Program-made: the position numbers and the translations under genes
NCBI GenBank assembly: GCA_944324405.1
Contig: CALUWF010000003.1
Coordinates: 8,890 to 72,889 of the forward strand
Direction: 5' to 3'
Length of the DNA stretch: 64,000 nt
Source of the DNA: Candidatus Gastranaerophilales bacterium
GTDB lineage: Bacteria; Cyanobacteriota; Vampirovibrionia; Gastranaerophilales; Gastranaerophilaceae
Notes under the pieces: generated by a model
Seen by the model: only the letters and a program-made list of their open reading frames with translations
Told to the model about the DNA's origin: nothing
Database searches by the model: none
Shown: positions 1 through 8,661 of the stretch, in pieces
Layout: each line of letters starts with the position of its first letter
Numbering within the stretch: the stretch's first letter is position 1

Positions 1-681
1 CCGGATAACACCGGCGCTTATGCGGGGCTTGCAAAAACATATGAGGGTATGGGCATAAAAGATTTAGCGGTTGAAAATTATGAAAAAGCTTTACAGATTG
101 AACCCGAGAACCCCGCTTTATTTAAACAGTACGGACAAACCCTTGAAAATCTTAATGATTTAGAGCTTGCACAAAGTGCTTTTTCAAAGGCAATCGAACT
201 TGATAATAAATCAGCCGATGCTTATGTATTGTCCGGCGACAATTATTTAAAACAAAAAAACTTTGAACAGGCGATAGAACAGTATAAAAAAGCGCTTGAA
301 ATAGAAAAAGACGACGATGCAACCGCTATTAAAATCGGCAACTGCTATAAGTATATGGGGCAAAATTCAAAAGCAATGGAATATTACACTACAACGCTTG
401 ACATTAACCCTGTTAATGAAAATGCCTATTTTAACATCGGACTGATTAATTACGAAAACGAAAATTACGAAGAAGCAGTCGCAAACTTTTCAAAAGCGAT
501 TGAACTAAAAGAAAATTTTGCTTACGCATATTGGGGTCTGGGCTCTTGTTATGAAGTTTTAAAAAACCCGAAAGACGCCATATACAATTACGAAAAATAT
601 TGTGAATATGCGCCTGACGAAGATTCTAAGGCAAAAGCACAGGAAAAAGTGGAAAATCTGTATAAAGAGCTTATAAAATGA
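1..681 (+). CDS. TPR-repeat protein (5' end runs off the window)
   Basis: The frame is open from nt 1 (PDNTGAYAGLAKTYEG precedes the listed Met at 49). It shows repeated 34-aa TPR-like units (AVENYEKALQIEPEN, AIEQYKKALEIEKDD, AMEYYTTTLDINPVN, AVANFSKAIELKENF, AIYNYEKYCEYAPDE). Confidence 0.8.
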   Translation, partial: PDNTGAYAGLAKTYEGMGIKDLAVENYEKALQIEPENPALFKQYGQTLENLNDLELAQSAFSKAIELDNKSADAYVLSGDNYLKQKNFEQAIEQYKKALEIEKDDDATAIKIGNCYKYMGQNSKAMEYYTTTLDINPVNENAYFNIGLINYENENYEEAVANFSKAIELKENFAYAYWGLGSCYEVLKNPKDAIYNYEKYCEYAPDEDSKAKAQEKVENLYKELIK

Positions 682-1097
682 AGAAAATAACTCTTTTAAC
701 GCTTCTTTCGCTGCTGCTTTTTTCGGGACTCTTTATTTTTGGCGGCTGTAAAAGCGACCCGTTTATAGTATTCAGCGCGCAAAACCCTAAAAACGGGCTG
801 AATAAAAATCAAATCGAATACAATTTTAAAAAAGAACAAAAAATTTATTACGCAATTATTGCACCAAAGGGTTTTAAAGACGATATGGTTAAAATCTCCC
901 TTACAAAAAAAGAAACCGACACGGAATTTTGGGGATATTCAAACTACAGAAATAAAACGGTTAAACTAAACGGAGAAAATTATTACAGCGATTATTTTGT
1001 AATAAGGGAAGAAGGCATTTTCGTTATGCAGGCGTTTAATCTTAAAAACCTTAATAAACCGATTGCCACGGGGATTTTTAGAGTTTATGATAATTAA
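678..1097 (+). CDS. small lipoprotein, function unknown
   Basis: ATGA stop/start overlap with the TPR gene. The N-terminus MKKITLLTLLSLLLFSGLFIFGGC looks like a signal peptide ending in a lipobox-like FGGC. Confidence 0.6.
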   Translation: MKKITLLTLLSLLLFSGLFIFGGCKSDPFIVFSAQNPKNGLNKNQIEYNFKKEQKIYYAIIAPKGFKDDMVKISLTKKETDTEFWGYSNYRNKTVKLNGENYYSDYFVIREEGIFVMQAFNLKNLNKPIATGIFRVYDN

Positions 1098-1527
1098 AAA
1101 TTTTATTGAAGATTTAATATGTCATATAAAAAACAGGCTTTTTTCTTCAAAATACGTCGTAAAAGGAAAGTGCAAAAAATGCGGGCAATGTTGTTCAACT
1201 ATTTTATTTTCCGATGAAAACGGCTATATTAAAAACGAAGAAGACTTTTTAAAACTCAAAAACAAAAACAAAAGACTGGATAACTTCATAATAAACGGCA
1301 AAGTATCCGATGTTAATAAAGATAATCCGCAATACGGCGCACTTTTATTCAAATGCAAATCCTTAAAAGAAGACGGCAGGTGCGCAAATTATTTCTTTCG
1401 CTCCTTCTTTTGCAGAGATTACCCCTCCGTTAACCCTTCTTTTATACAAATGGGCGGCACAACTCTTGACGGATGCGGGTATTACTTTGATGTCGATAAA
1501 AAATTTGAAGAGTATTTAAAAGATTAA
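1063..1527 (+). CDS. YkgJ/UPF0153-type Cys-cluster (zinc/iron-chelating) protein
   Basis: It has CKKCGQCC (CxxCxxCC) and a later GRCANYFFRSFFCRDYP motif. The ATG at 1087 (MIIKNF...) is a more likely start than 1063. Confidence 0.6.
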   Translation: MPRGFLEFMIIKNFIEDLICHIKNRLFSSKYVVKGKCKKCGQCCSTILFSDENGYIKNEEDFLKLKNKNKRLDNFIINGKVSDVNKDNPQYGALLFKCKSLKEDGRCANYFFRSFFCRDYPSVNPSFIQMGGTTLDGCGYYFDVDKKFEEYLKD

Positions 1528-3497
1528 ATATTCTCAGGGACTTTTACCCTGTAATATTTAAGGTTTTCAAAAGCATTTGTCTTTTTGCCCACTTTGTCAG
1601 GGTTTTTAATTGTCAGCTTATCATATTTGATTTTTGAATTATCATTCCCGACCATAAACAGAACGTCAAAAAGCGCTCTTTCACGGTAAGTATCGTATGA
1701 AAAGGCAACTTTAACATCTTCCGGCCCCGCTATGATATAAAATTTATTTTCAGTCAGCAAATCTTTATCCGGGTTATCCCTTAAAATTGATATCGTTCCC
1801 TGATAACCAAGTGCAAGGTATTTTCCAAGCCTTATATTTTCATCAATAGTTATAAACTGTTTACCGTATATGTATTCATCAAACCTTAAAGGGCTTCTGC
1901 CATGCACCCCTGCCATACCGTAAGATATTCTTGAGCCCCAATTTTTAACACGTGTTTGAAGCGAAGGCCCAAATCGAGCGACACCCGTAACATCACCCGT
2001 ACCATACAGTGTGGCGCCGGTTTGGGCAAATAAATAAGTTTTTATGTACATATCTTGTTCTTCGTTTCGCTTTTCAAAAAGTGTTTTAGACAACTCTGCC
2101 TGCCAGCGAAAACGCGTGGTACCATATCTGCTGTCGCTTTCATTTACGCCGTAATCGGTTACATAGCCGCCCGAAAATCTCTGTTTAAAAACGGCGTCAA
2201 GATCCTTTACTTTGTATGATTTATCGTAAACGAGCTGTGCCATATATCCCGGCTGCCTTCTTCCGAAGAACCATTCATCAAAATAGGCATGGCGGCCATA
2301 ATCCAAATACCAATTATCGTTAAATTTATATTGACCTCTGACAATAAAATTTTCGCTTGAAGTCGCATAAGCCGCTTCGATTAAATTTCTTTTTGACCTA
2401 TAGCGCGCAATACCGCCTATACCGATGCCGGAATCGTAAACAATTGCGGGCATAAGCTTTAGGGTACCGCCAAAAGGCACCTCTGTGGCATAGCCCCAGC
2501 CAAAATACGTACCAAAATCCCTTATCATACCGACTTCCGGCAGGTTAGTTTCAATAAAAGCCTGGTTTTTGTCAGTCAAAATCTCGGCGGAATGTGCAGT
2601 TGCGATTTTAAACTTTTTATAATAAATTTCGGCATCTTTAAGGGTTACCGTATCATGATCCCGCTTGCTTTCGATTATTATTTCTTTTGTTTTAATTTTT
2701 AAAGGCTCACTTCTTTTTTTTCGTAAATCCATTGTCACAAGCTCATCTTGGACAATATCCTGGTCATAGTATCCAAACCCCTTTGACTGAAGCAAAAGAT
2801 CGACTTCTTTTGCAAGCTTTGTATCACCGTTTAGCATTTGGATTTCATTTGCGTAAGCATAGCCTTCCTGTGCCCTTATGGTCATAACGCCCATAGTGCC
2901 TGTCGGCTCATTCATAAGCACATTTTCCTCATTTAAATTTATGCTCATAAAGTCACCTTTTATGGTGGAATTATTTTTATCAAGAACAACGTTATCAAAA
3001 AGCCTTATGATATTCGTATCTCTGTTAAAAATTGCCTTATCCGCGCTAAGTGTTGTTTTTTCCGGATACGTGGTAATCTTTACATGCCCTCTTGCCTCAA
3101 TTTCGTTTCTGTCTTCGAAATATTCCATCTCATCCGCATCAAGCGTCATTTTTTGTTTACTTTGTGCTTGCTGTTCATCAGCTGCCGGCTGCGCGTTATC
3201 AATTTGCGCCGCTTCATCGGGCGTGATAGCTTTTTCTTCTTGAATTTCTTTTTTATCCGCAGTTTTTTCTTTTATAACATCAATTAAATTAGGCACCTCA
3301 ACACCCGGGCCTTCATAAAGGTTTTCCCGTTTTATACCGCCAAAATTGACCTCGGATTTGTCTTTGATTTCTTCCGCTTTTTGATTTGGGTCAACGGTCG
3401 GTGCGTTTATAATTTCAAAGGCATGCGCCGCATTAAAAAAACAATTAAATGCAACCAATAAAAAAACAGGTAGTATAAGTCTTTTAGCACTTTGCAC
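1524..3497 (-). CDS. LptD/OstA-like outer-membrane protein
   Basis: GTG start with signal peptide LILPVFLLVAFNCFFNAAHA. There is an OstA-N-like pattern LDADEMEYFEDRNEIEARGHVKITT...LSADKAIFNRDTNIIRLFDNVVL. The long C-terminal region is rich in aromatic and Gly residues, with alternating beta-strand-like segments. Confidence 0.55.
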   Translation of the reverse strand: MQSAKRLILPVFLLVAFNCFFNAAHAFEIINAPTVDPNQKAEEIKDKSEVNFGGIKRENLYEGPGVEVPNLIDVIKEKTADKKEIQEEKAITPDEAAQIDNAQPAADEQQAQSKQKMTLDADEMEYFEDRNEIEARGHVKITTYPEKTTLSADKAIFNRDTNIIRLFDNVVLDKNNSTIKGDFMSINLNEENVLMNEPTGTMGVMTIRAQEGYAYANEIQMLNGDTKLAKEVDLLLQSKGFGYYDQDIVQDELVTMDLRKKRSEPLKIKTKEIIIESKRDHDTVTLKDAEIYYKKFKIATAHSAEILTDKNQAFIETNLPEVGMIRDFGTYFGWGYATEVPFGGTLKLMPAIVYDSGIGIGGIARYRSKRNLIEAAYATSSENFIVRGQYKFNDNWYLDYGRHAYFDEWFFGRRQPGYMAQLVYDKSYKVKDLDAVFKQRFSGGYVTDYGVNESDSRYGTTRFRWQAELSKTLFEKRNEEQDMYIKTYLFAQTGATLYGTGDVTGVARFGPSLQTRVKNWGSRISYGMAGVHGRSPLRFDEYIYGKQFITIDENIRLGKYLALGYQGTISILRDNPDKDLLTENKFYIIAGPEDVKVAFSYDTYRERALFDVLFMVGNDNSKIKYDKLTIKNPDKVGKKTNAFENLKYYRVKVPENI

Positions 3498-3591
3498 TTT
3501 AATGTAAGCTCTCTTCTATAAGACTGACCAAGAGTATTTTAGCACAAACATAAAAAAATACACCATGCAAAATGCCTATAGTTCTTGTTTA

Positions 3592-4746
3592 TTATCTTGG
3601 AATGAAATTAAAAGGATTTGTAGGATTACCGTTTTGGCGGACTTCAAAATGAAGGTGGGGCCCTGTTGAATAACCGGTTGTTCCGACATTTGCTATAACC
3701 TGTCCTCTCACAACCGTAGAACCTACGCCTACTCTATAACTGTTCAAGTGCGCATAAAGAGTTGTGGTAGGAACGCCGTTTATACGCCCGTGGTCAATAA
3801 TAACAACTTTTCCGTATCCGCCGTACCAGCCCACAAATATAACCTTGCCCGAGTTTGCGGCTTTTACGGGTGAATTCATCGGCATGCCAAGGTCAACTCC
3901 GGAGTGGAAGATTTTTCTTTTAAATATCGGGTGAACTCTCCAGCCGAACGGTGATGTGACCGAACCGCCGACAGGTCTTATAAAGCCGCCGGTAACGGTA
4001 ATTTTTTGGCTGCTTTTTTCTGATTTAACCGTCTGCTTATTAATCATCTCTGCAATTTCTCTGCTTTGACGAGCCAAATCTCTTTCCGCCTTTTCCCAAG
4101 TTGCTCTGTCGGTTTTGAGCTTATATATCATTTTTTCATTCTGGCTTATGGCATCTTGAATATTTTTTTGTTCTTCGTCTATTGATTTTATTGAACTTGC
4201 GAGATATCTTTTCTGCATTTCAATTTGACGTTTTACTTCAATTATTTTTCTTGTCTGACGCTGCATTTTGATAATATTGTCTTTGTCTTGTTTCATTACA
4301 ATATTTTCAAAATAAAGTCTGTCCAAAAAATTGTTTACGTTATTTGATGAGAGCAGAAATTCAACATAATTTTTTCTTTTTGTTTTAAAAATCTGCACAA
4401 TTCTTTTATTTGTAGCATTTTGAAGTGCCTTAAAATCCTGCGTGAGCTTTTGCAATTTGCCTTCAAGATTTTCAAGCTCACTTTGCGCATTTTGATACTG
4501 CTGTTTGCTCTCGTTTAATGTCTGCTCATTTCGTTCAAGATTTCTCTGGTTACGGTAGAGTTTATTTGTTTCAATCTTTTCAAGCAGCTTTAATTTATGA
4601 ATTTGCTGCTTTGCAACGGCTCTTTTCTGTTCGACCTGGCGTGCTTTATTGGCCGCACTTTGCTGGGCACATACCTGCGGAGCGCAAGCTGTAACCAGCA
4701 TAAAAATAAATGCTATTGTTAAAATTCTTTTATAAAAATTGTGCAT
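3592..4746 (-). CDS. M23 family metallopeptidase with long N-terminal coiled coil (EnvC-like architecture)
   Basis: Signal peptide (ILTIAFIFMLVTACAPQVCA), then about 200 aa of Q/K/E-rich heptad-like sequence. The C-terminal M23 signatures are HSGVDLG...GYGKVVIIDHG...YAHL...TGPHLHFEV. Confidence 0.85.
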   Translation of the reverse strand: MHNFYKRILTIAFIFMLVTACAPQVCAQQSAANKARQVEQKRAVAKQQIHKLKLLEKIETNKLYRNQRNLERNEQTLNESKQQYQNAQSELENLEGKLQKLTQDFKALQNATNKRIVQIFKTKRKNYVEFLLSSNNVNNFLDRLYFENIVMKQDKDNIIKMQRQTRKIIEVKRQIEMQKRYLASSIKSIDEEQKNIQDAISQNEKMIYKLKTDRATWEKAERDLARQSREIAEMINKQTVKSEKSSQKITVTGGFIRPVGGSVTSPFGWRVHPIFKRKIFHSGVDLGMPMNSPVKAANSGKVIFVGWYGGYGKVVIIDHGRINGVPTTTLYAHLNSYRVGVGSTVVRGQVIANVGTTGYSTGPHLHFEVRQNGNPTNPFNFIPR

Positions 4747-4751
4747 GATTA

Positions 4752-4859
4752 CTAATTAAACAAGACCGGAAACAGTATCGTAACACCAATCATCCAGGTG
4801 GCGAACATAACAGTCAGTATTAAAACAATTATCCTTCTGTGTCTTCTGAAAAATTCCAT
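4752..4859 (-). CDS. candidate 35-aa single-pass membrane peptide (not in the supplied ORF track)
   Basis: My own translation of the minus strand gives MEFFRRHRRIIVLILTVMFATWMIGVTILFPVLFN, then TAG. It has a basic N-terminus and one hydrophobic helix. It ends 5 nt upstream of the M23 peptidase start. The Shine-Dalgarno sequence is only weak (AAGAG). Confidence 0.3.
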   Translation of the reverse strand: MEFFRRHRRIIVLILTVMFATWMIGVTILFPVLFN

Positions 4860-4942
4860 TATCTCAAAACTCTTATCCCATAATGTCTTTATAACATTTT
4901 AACCAAAAAAGCGTCAGTGTGCAAATTATAAAGAAATTTGTA

Positions 4943-6538
4943 TTACTTTTTACAACTTTCGTCGTCTTTGTCAATTTTTGAGTCAAAATCATTATCAATA
5001 CCGTCATAACAAGAATTTCCGGAATCAAAGCCTTCTGCGCGCGGGTATTTAAAAAGATATTTGTCGCTGATTGAATTGTAAAGTTTAAAATAATAATCCC
5101 GATACGCCTTGCCGAGCGCACAATTTTTAATTATTAGCGTATTTTCGTCGTTTTTCAAAACGGCGCTTTTTGAAAAATTGGCACTTCCCGTTATAAAAAC
5201 GCATTTATCAACCAATATATTTTTCTGGTGATTTTTTCCGCCCCAATTTTCGACTTTGACCTTTATTGCGCTTTGTTTCAGCGGCTCTATCCGCTCTTTA
5301 AACTTGTAAGCGCCAAGCGCATCTAAAGTTATAAAAACGCTTACCCCTCTATTTTTTGCTCCAATAAGCTCTTTTATAATATCCCTGTGCGTCAAATAAA
5401 AAGCGCTCACAAGAATTTCGCTTTTTGCGTTTTTAATTTCCGTTAAAATCGGGGTCAAAATATCCGACATCGGCGCAAAATAAAGATTAAGCAGAGTATT
5501 TTCATCGAGTCTTAAATTTAAAAGTTCGTTTTTCTCTTTATTTCTGTGAAATTTATTTGCATACATCTGCTCAAATTCTTTTAAATAGGCATTTGACAAA
5601 TTCCTGGAATTTATAATAAGCCCGGTGTTTGAATTATACCCTCCGCTTCCCGTAGAAGAAAGGTTTGCGCTTGTCGTAAGTACTTTTTGATTGTCAAAAA
5701 TGAAAAATTTATTATGCATAATAAAAAGACTATTGTCACTTTTTGCACCAAAAAAATTTCTTAGTTTACAGGTATCACGATAGACATCAAGCGCGCCCGG
5801 GTTTGAATCAACAATCCCTCTTATAATAACTCCGCGTCTTTTTGCGCGGATAAGTGCATTTAAAATTTCATCTTGTTCTTCAATTCCGTAAAGTGCAAAA
5901 TCGATGGTATTTTTTGCATTATCAATATTATAAATTATTGCCTGCGCCAGATTTGTGCGGACCCTTGAAGAAGGAAGAGGATACTTTAGCGGATTTATAA
6001 GAAAAAGAGCAATGTTGCCTTCGGCAAAATCAGGAGTTCTGCTCTCGATTATCAATTTGTCTTTTGGATTGATTTTTAAAGGTGTTTGCTTGAATAATGC
6101 GGTATTTTTTGAAAATTCCTGCGTATTTTGCCAAAAGAGATAGTTCACCGGCACATTTTTACCCCTCGGCCGCGCATAACCTTCTTTTAACATAATGTAT
6201 CCGACATCTTTACCTTCAAGTGTAATTTTTACAGACTTGAAAAAAGGGGACGGCGGCTCAGAAAAAGTGATATTTTTATTCAGCAAAAGTTCTTTTAAAA
6301 AAGCATTTGAAGCATGCGAAAGCTCATCTTCTTTATAAAAATGAACAAGAAGATATTTTAGGCTGAAATATTCATCATCTGCGCATTTTAAATCCGAATT
6401 TAAATCAATACAGATACGATTTGAATTATCGATATTCAAAACCTTGTATTTATCATGCTCTGTTTGCGCCCTTTCATAAAAAATAAAAAGTGCGCATAAA
6501 AATATAACCAAAAACGCAAAAGACAAATGCCTTTTCAT
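4943..6538 (-). CDS. phospholipase D superfamily protein with two HKD motifs, an N-terminal membrane anchor and a C-terminal Cys/Asp-rich motif
   Basis: HKD 1 is MHNKFFIFDNQKVLTTSANLS. HKD 2 is NHQKNILVDKCVFITGSANFS, a perfect HxKx4Dx6GSxN. The N-terminus is a signal anchor (LSFAFLVIFLCALFIFY). The C-terminus is CYDGIDNDFDSKIDKDDESC. Confidence 0.75.
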   Translation of the reverse strand: MKRHLSFAFLVIFLCALFIFYERAQTEHDKYKVLNIDNSNRICIDLNSDLKCADDEYFSLKYLLVHFYKEDELSHASNAFLKELLLNKNITFSEPPSPFFKSVKITLEGKDVGYIMLKEGYARPRGKNVPVNYLFWQNTQEFSKNTALFKQTPLKINPKDKLIIESRTPDFAEGNIALFLINPLKYPLPSSRVRTNLAQAIIYNIDNAKNTIDFALYGIEEQDEILNALIRAKRRGVIIRGIVDSNPGALDVYRDTCKLRNFFGAKSDNSLFIMHNKFFIFDNQKVLTTSANLSSTGSGGYNSNTGLIINSRNLSNAYLKEFEQMYANKFHRNKEKNELLNLRLDENTLLNLYFAPMSDILTPILTEIKNAKSEILVSAFYLTHRDIIKELIGAKNRGVSVFITLDALGAYKFKERIEPLKQSAIKVKVENWGGKNHQKNILVDKCVFITGSANFSKSAVLKNDENTLIIKNCALGKAYRDYYFKLYNSISDKYLFKYPRAEGFDSGNSCYDGIDNDFDSKIDKDDESCKK

Positions 6539-6622
6539 ACATTGAATTATGGTGCAAAAAGACGCTTAAATCACAATATTTTACAAATATTTACAAAAAT
6601 TATCGCAAAGTTTAAAAAACGC

Positions 6623-6651
6623 TTGAATATTAACTTTGTTTCAGTTATTAT
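6623..6651 (+). promoter_or_regulatory. sigma-70-type promoter candidate for rplS
   Basis: TTGAAT (6623-6628), a 17-nt spacer, then TATTAT (6646-6651), about 38 nt upstream of the rplS ATG. Confidence 0.35.
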
Positions 6652-6689
6652 CAATCTGCATAGAATAAATAAGTCAGAAAAGGTGTAAA

Positions 6690-7043
6690 ATGAATCCGAT
6701 TATTCAAGAACTTGAAAAAGAATATACTCAAAGAGAAATGCCCGAAACAAACCCGGGAGATACAGTAAAAGTATTTGTCCGTATTATTGAAGGCAACAAA
6801 GAAAGAACACAGGCTTTTGAAGGAACCGTTATTAAAAAACACGGCTCAGGCATCAATAAAACAATTACCGTGAGAAAAATCTTCCAAGGCGTCGGCGTAG
6901 AAAGAGTTTTCGCCATTTTCTCACCCAGAATTGAAAAAATTCAAGTATTGAGAAAAGGCCATGTAAGACGCTCCAAACTCTATTATCTGAGAGAACGTTC
7001 CGGTAAAGCTACACGTATTCGCGAAAAAATGGACAGAAGATAA
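6690..7043 (+). CDS. rplS: 50S ribosomal protein L19
   Basis: It has the typical L19 sequence: [55 protein letters not shown]...[34 protein letters not shown]. Confidence 0.95.
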   Translation: MNPIIQELEKEYTQREMPETNPGDTVKVFVRIIEGNKERTQAFEGTVIKKHGSGINKTITVRKIFQGVGVERVFAIFSPRIEKIQVLRKGHVRRSKLYYLRERSGKATRIREKMDRR

Positions 7044-7064
7044 TTTTTTTATTTCAAAATTTTT

Positions 7065-7096
7065 ACAGGCCGGGTTCAATGTCCGGCCTGTTTTAT
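7065..7096 (+). terminator. rho-independent terminator after rplS
   Basis: Hairpin ACAGGCCGG (7065-7073) / CCGGCCTGT (7083-7091), followed by TTTTAT. Confidence 0.7.
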
Positions 7097-7116
7097 ATTG
7101 TTTTAAAAGTGTTAAT

Positions 7117-7145
7117 TTGTCATCAAAAAATATTTATCGTACAAT
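7117..7145 (+). promoter_or_regulatory. sigma-70-type promoter candidate for rbgA-rnhB
   Basis: TTGTCA (7117-7122), a 17-nt spacer, then TACAAT (7140-7145). It lies downstream of the rplS terminator and about 28 nt upstream of the rbgA ATG (RBS AAAGGGG). Confidence 0.4.
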
Positions 7146-7172
7146 AATTACGTTTAATAAAAGGGGCGTGTT

Positions 7173-8021
7173 ATGACGCATATACACTGGTTTCCGGGAC
7201 ATATAGCAAAAGCACAGCGCGACTTAAAGGAAAAATTAAATCTCGTTGATGTTGTGCTTGAGGTGCTCGACGCAAGAATTCCTGATTCAAGCGCGTATAA
7301 AAATGTAGAAAAATTAATCGGAAATAAATCCCGCCTTATACTTTTAAACAAAGCTGATTTATCCGACCCTGATTACAATAAGCTCTGGGCGCAAAAAATC
7401 GAAGAAGAAAGCTGCGCGCCCGTAATAATAACTGACTTGAACAATCAAAAAGATATAAATACAATTATTGATAAAATCGTTGAAATCTCAAACCCCATTA
7501 TGCTTGAACTTTTAAAAAAAGGGCTTCTCCCGCGTGCTGCGCGCACTATGGTTATCGGCATGCCAAATGTAGGTAAATCAAGTACGATAAATCGGCTAAT
7601 CAGAAAAGGTAAAACAAAAACCGGCGCAAAAGCAGGTGTCACACGCCAACAGCAGTGGGTGAGAATTAATAATAAAATAGAACTCCTTGATACACCCGGG
7701 ATTATTCCCTCAATACAACAAGACCAAAAGAAAGCAATAAAGCTTGCATGTGTTAATTCAATCGGTGAAAATGCTTACGATAATGAATTTGTAGCATCAG
7801 AGCTTTTAAAAATATTAAAAGAAGAGGGTTACGAAAATATTGTGCGTAATTATTACAGATTGCAGGAAGATAAGGGGCTTACAATCGATAATATCGCACT
7901 TGCAAGAAATTGGCTCATAAAAGGTGCAAACCCGGATATGCTCCGCGCAAGCCAATTTATTTTAACGGATTTCAGAGAGGGCAAAATTGGAAAAATCACT
8001 CTTGAAAAACCCTCTGTTTGA
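7173..8021 (+). CDS. rbgA: ribosome biogenesis GTPase A (YlqF/RbgA, circularly permuted GTPase)
   Basis: N-terminal HWFPGHIAKAQRDLKEKLNLVDVVLEVLDARIP. G4 NKADL precedes G1 GMPNVGKSSTINRL and DTPG, which is the permuted order. Confidence 0.9.
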   Translation: MTHIHWFPGHIAKAQRDLKEKLNLVDVVLEVLDARIPDSSAYKNVEKLIGNKSRLILLNKADLSDPDYNKLWAQKIEEESCAPVIITDLNNQKDINTIIDKIVEISNPIMLELLKKGLLPRAARTMVIGMPNVGKSSTINRLIRKGKTKTGAKAGVTRQQQWVRINNKIELLDTPGIIPSIQQDQKKAIKLACVNSIGENAYDNEFVASELLKILKEEGYENIVRNYYRLQEDKGLTIDNIALARNWLIKGANPDMLRASQFILTDFREGKIGKITLEKPSV

Positions 8022-8661
8022 CTTTGACGAAAGTTTTAAAGAAACAAGGACAACTCCTCTCGGGCTTGAAATTCAATCATACAGCCATATTTTAGGTACC
8101 GATGAAGCGGGCAGAGGCCCTGCCGCAGGCGGAGTCTGGGCGGCGTGTGTTTGTTTTTTGAAAAATGATGTACAAAAAGAACTTTTAAAATTAAACGACT
8201 CTAAAAAACTCGGCGAAAAAACAAGAGAGGAGCTTTTTAATATAATCCGCGCAAACTCTGTCTGTTCAATAAAATCCGTTGATGTTGAAACGATTGAAAA
8301 AATTAATATTTTAAACTCGTCGCTTATGGCAATGAAGCTTGCAGCACTTGAAGTTTTAGAAAAAATTTCGCCACAGTCCCCGATTTTGCTTGTCGATGGC
8401 AACAAAACGGTGAAAAATTTAAAAATTGCACAAAAAACAATTGTAAAAGGCGACTCAAAATCCGCCTCAATTGCCGCCGCAAGCATTTTGGCAAAAGTTG
8501 AACGGGATAATTTTATGAAAAAAATTAACGAAGAATATCCTCAATACCTTTGGGCAAAAAACAAGGGGTATCTGACAAAAGAACATATTGAAGCCATTAA
8601 AAAATTCGGCATCACAAAATACCACAGAAAAAGTTTTTTAAAGAATATTTTAAACATATGA
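7987..8661 (+). CDS. rnhB: ribonuclease HII
   Basis: GTDEAGRGPAAGGVWAA catalytic motif, DSKKL, and IAAASILAKVERD. The listed start overlaps rbgA by 35 nt, so the true start is uncertain. Confidence 0.9.
   Translation: MEKSLLKNPLFDFDESFKETRTTPLGLEIQSYSHILGTDEAGRGPAAGGVWAACVCFLKNDVQKELLKLNDSKKLGEKTREELFNIIRANSVCSIKSVDVETIEKINILNSSLMAMKLAALEVLEKISPQSPILLVDGNKTVKNLKIAQKTIVKGDSKSASIAAASILAKVERDNFMKKINEEYPQYLWAKNKGYLTKEHIEAIKKFGITKYHRKSFLKNILNI

Noticed and set aside
4873-5121. 82-aa minus-strand ORF overlapping the 3' end of the PLD gene
   Set aside because: It is out of frame with the well-supported PLD coding sequence, including its Cys/Asp tail, and shows no independent signals.
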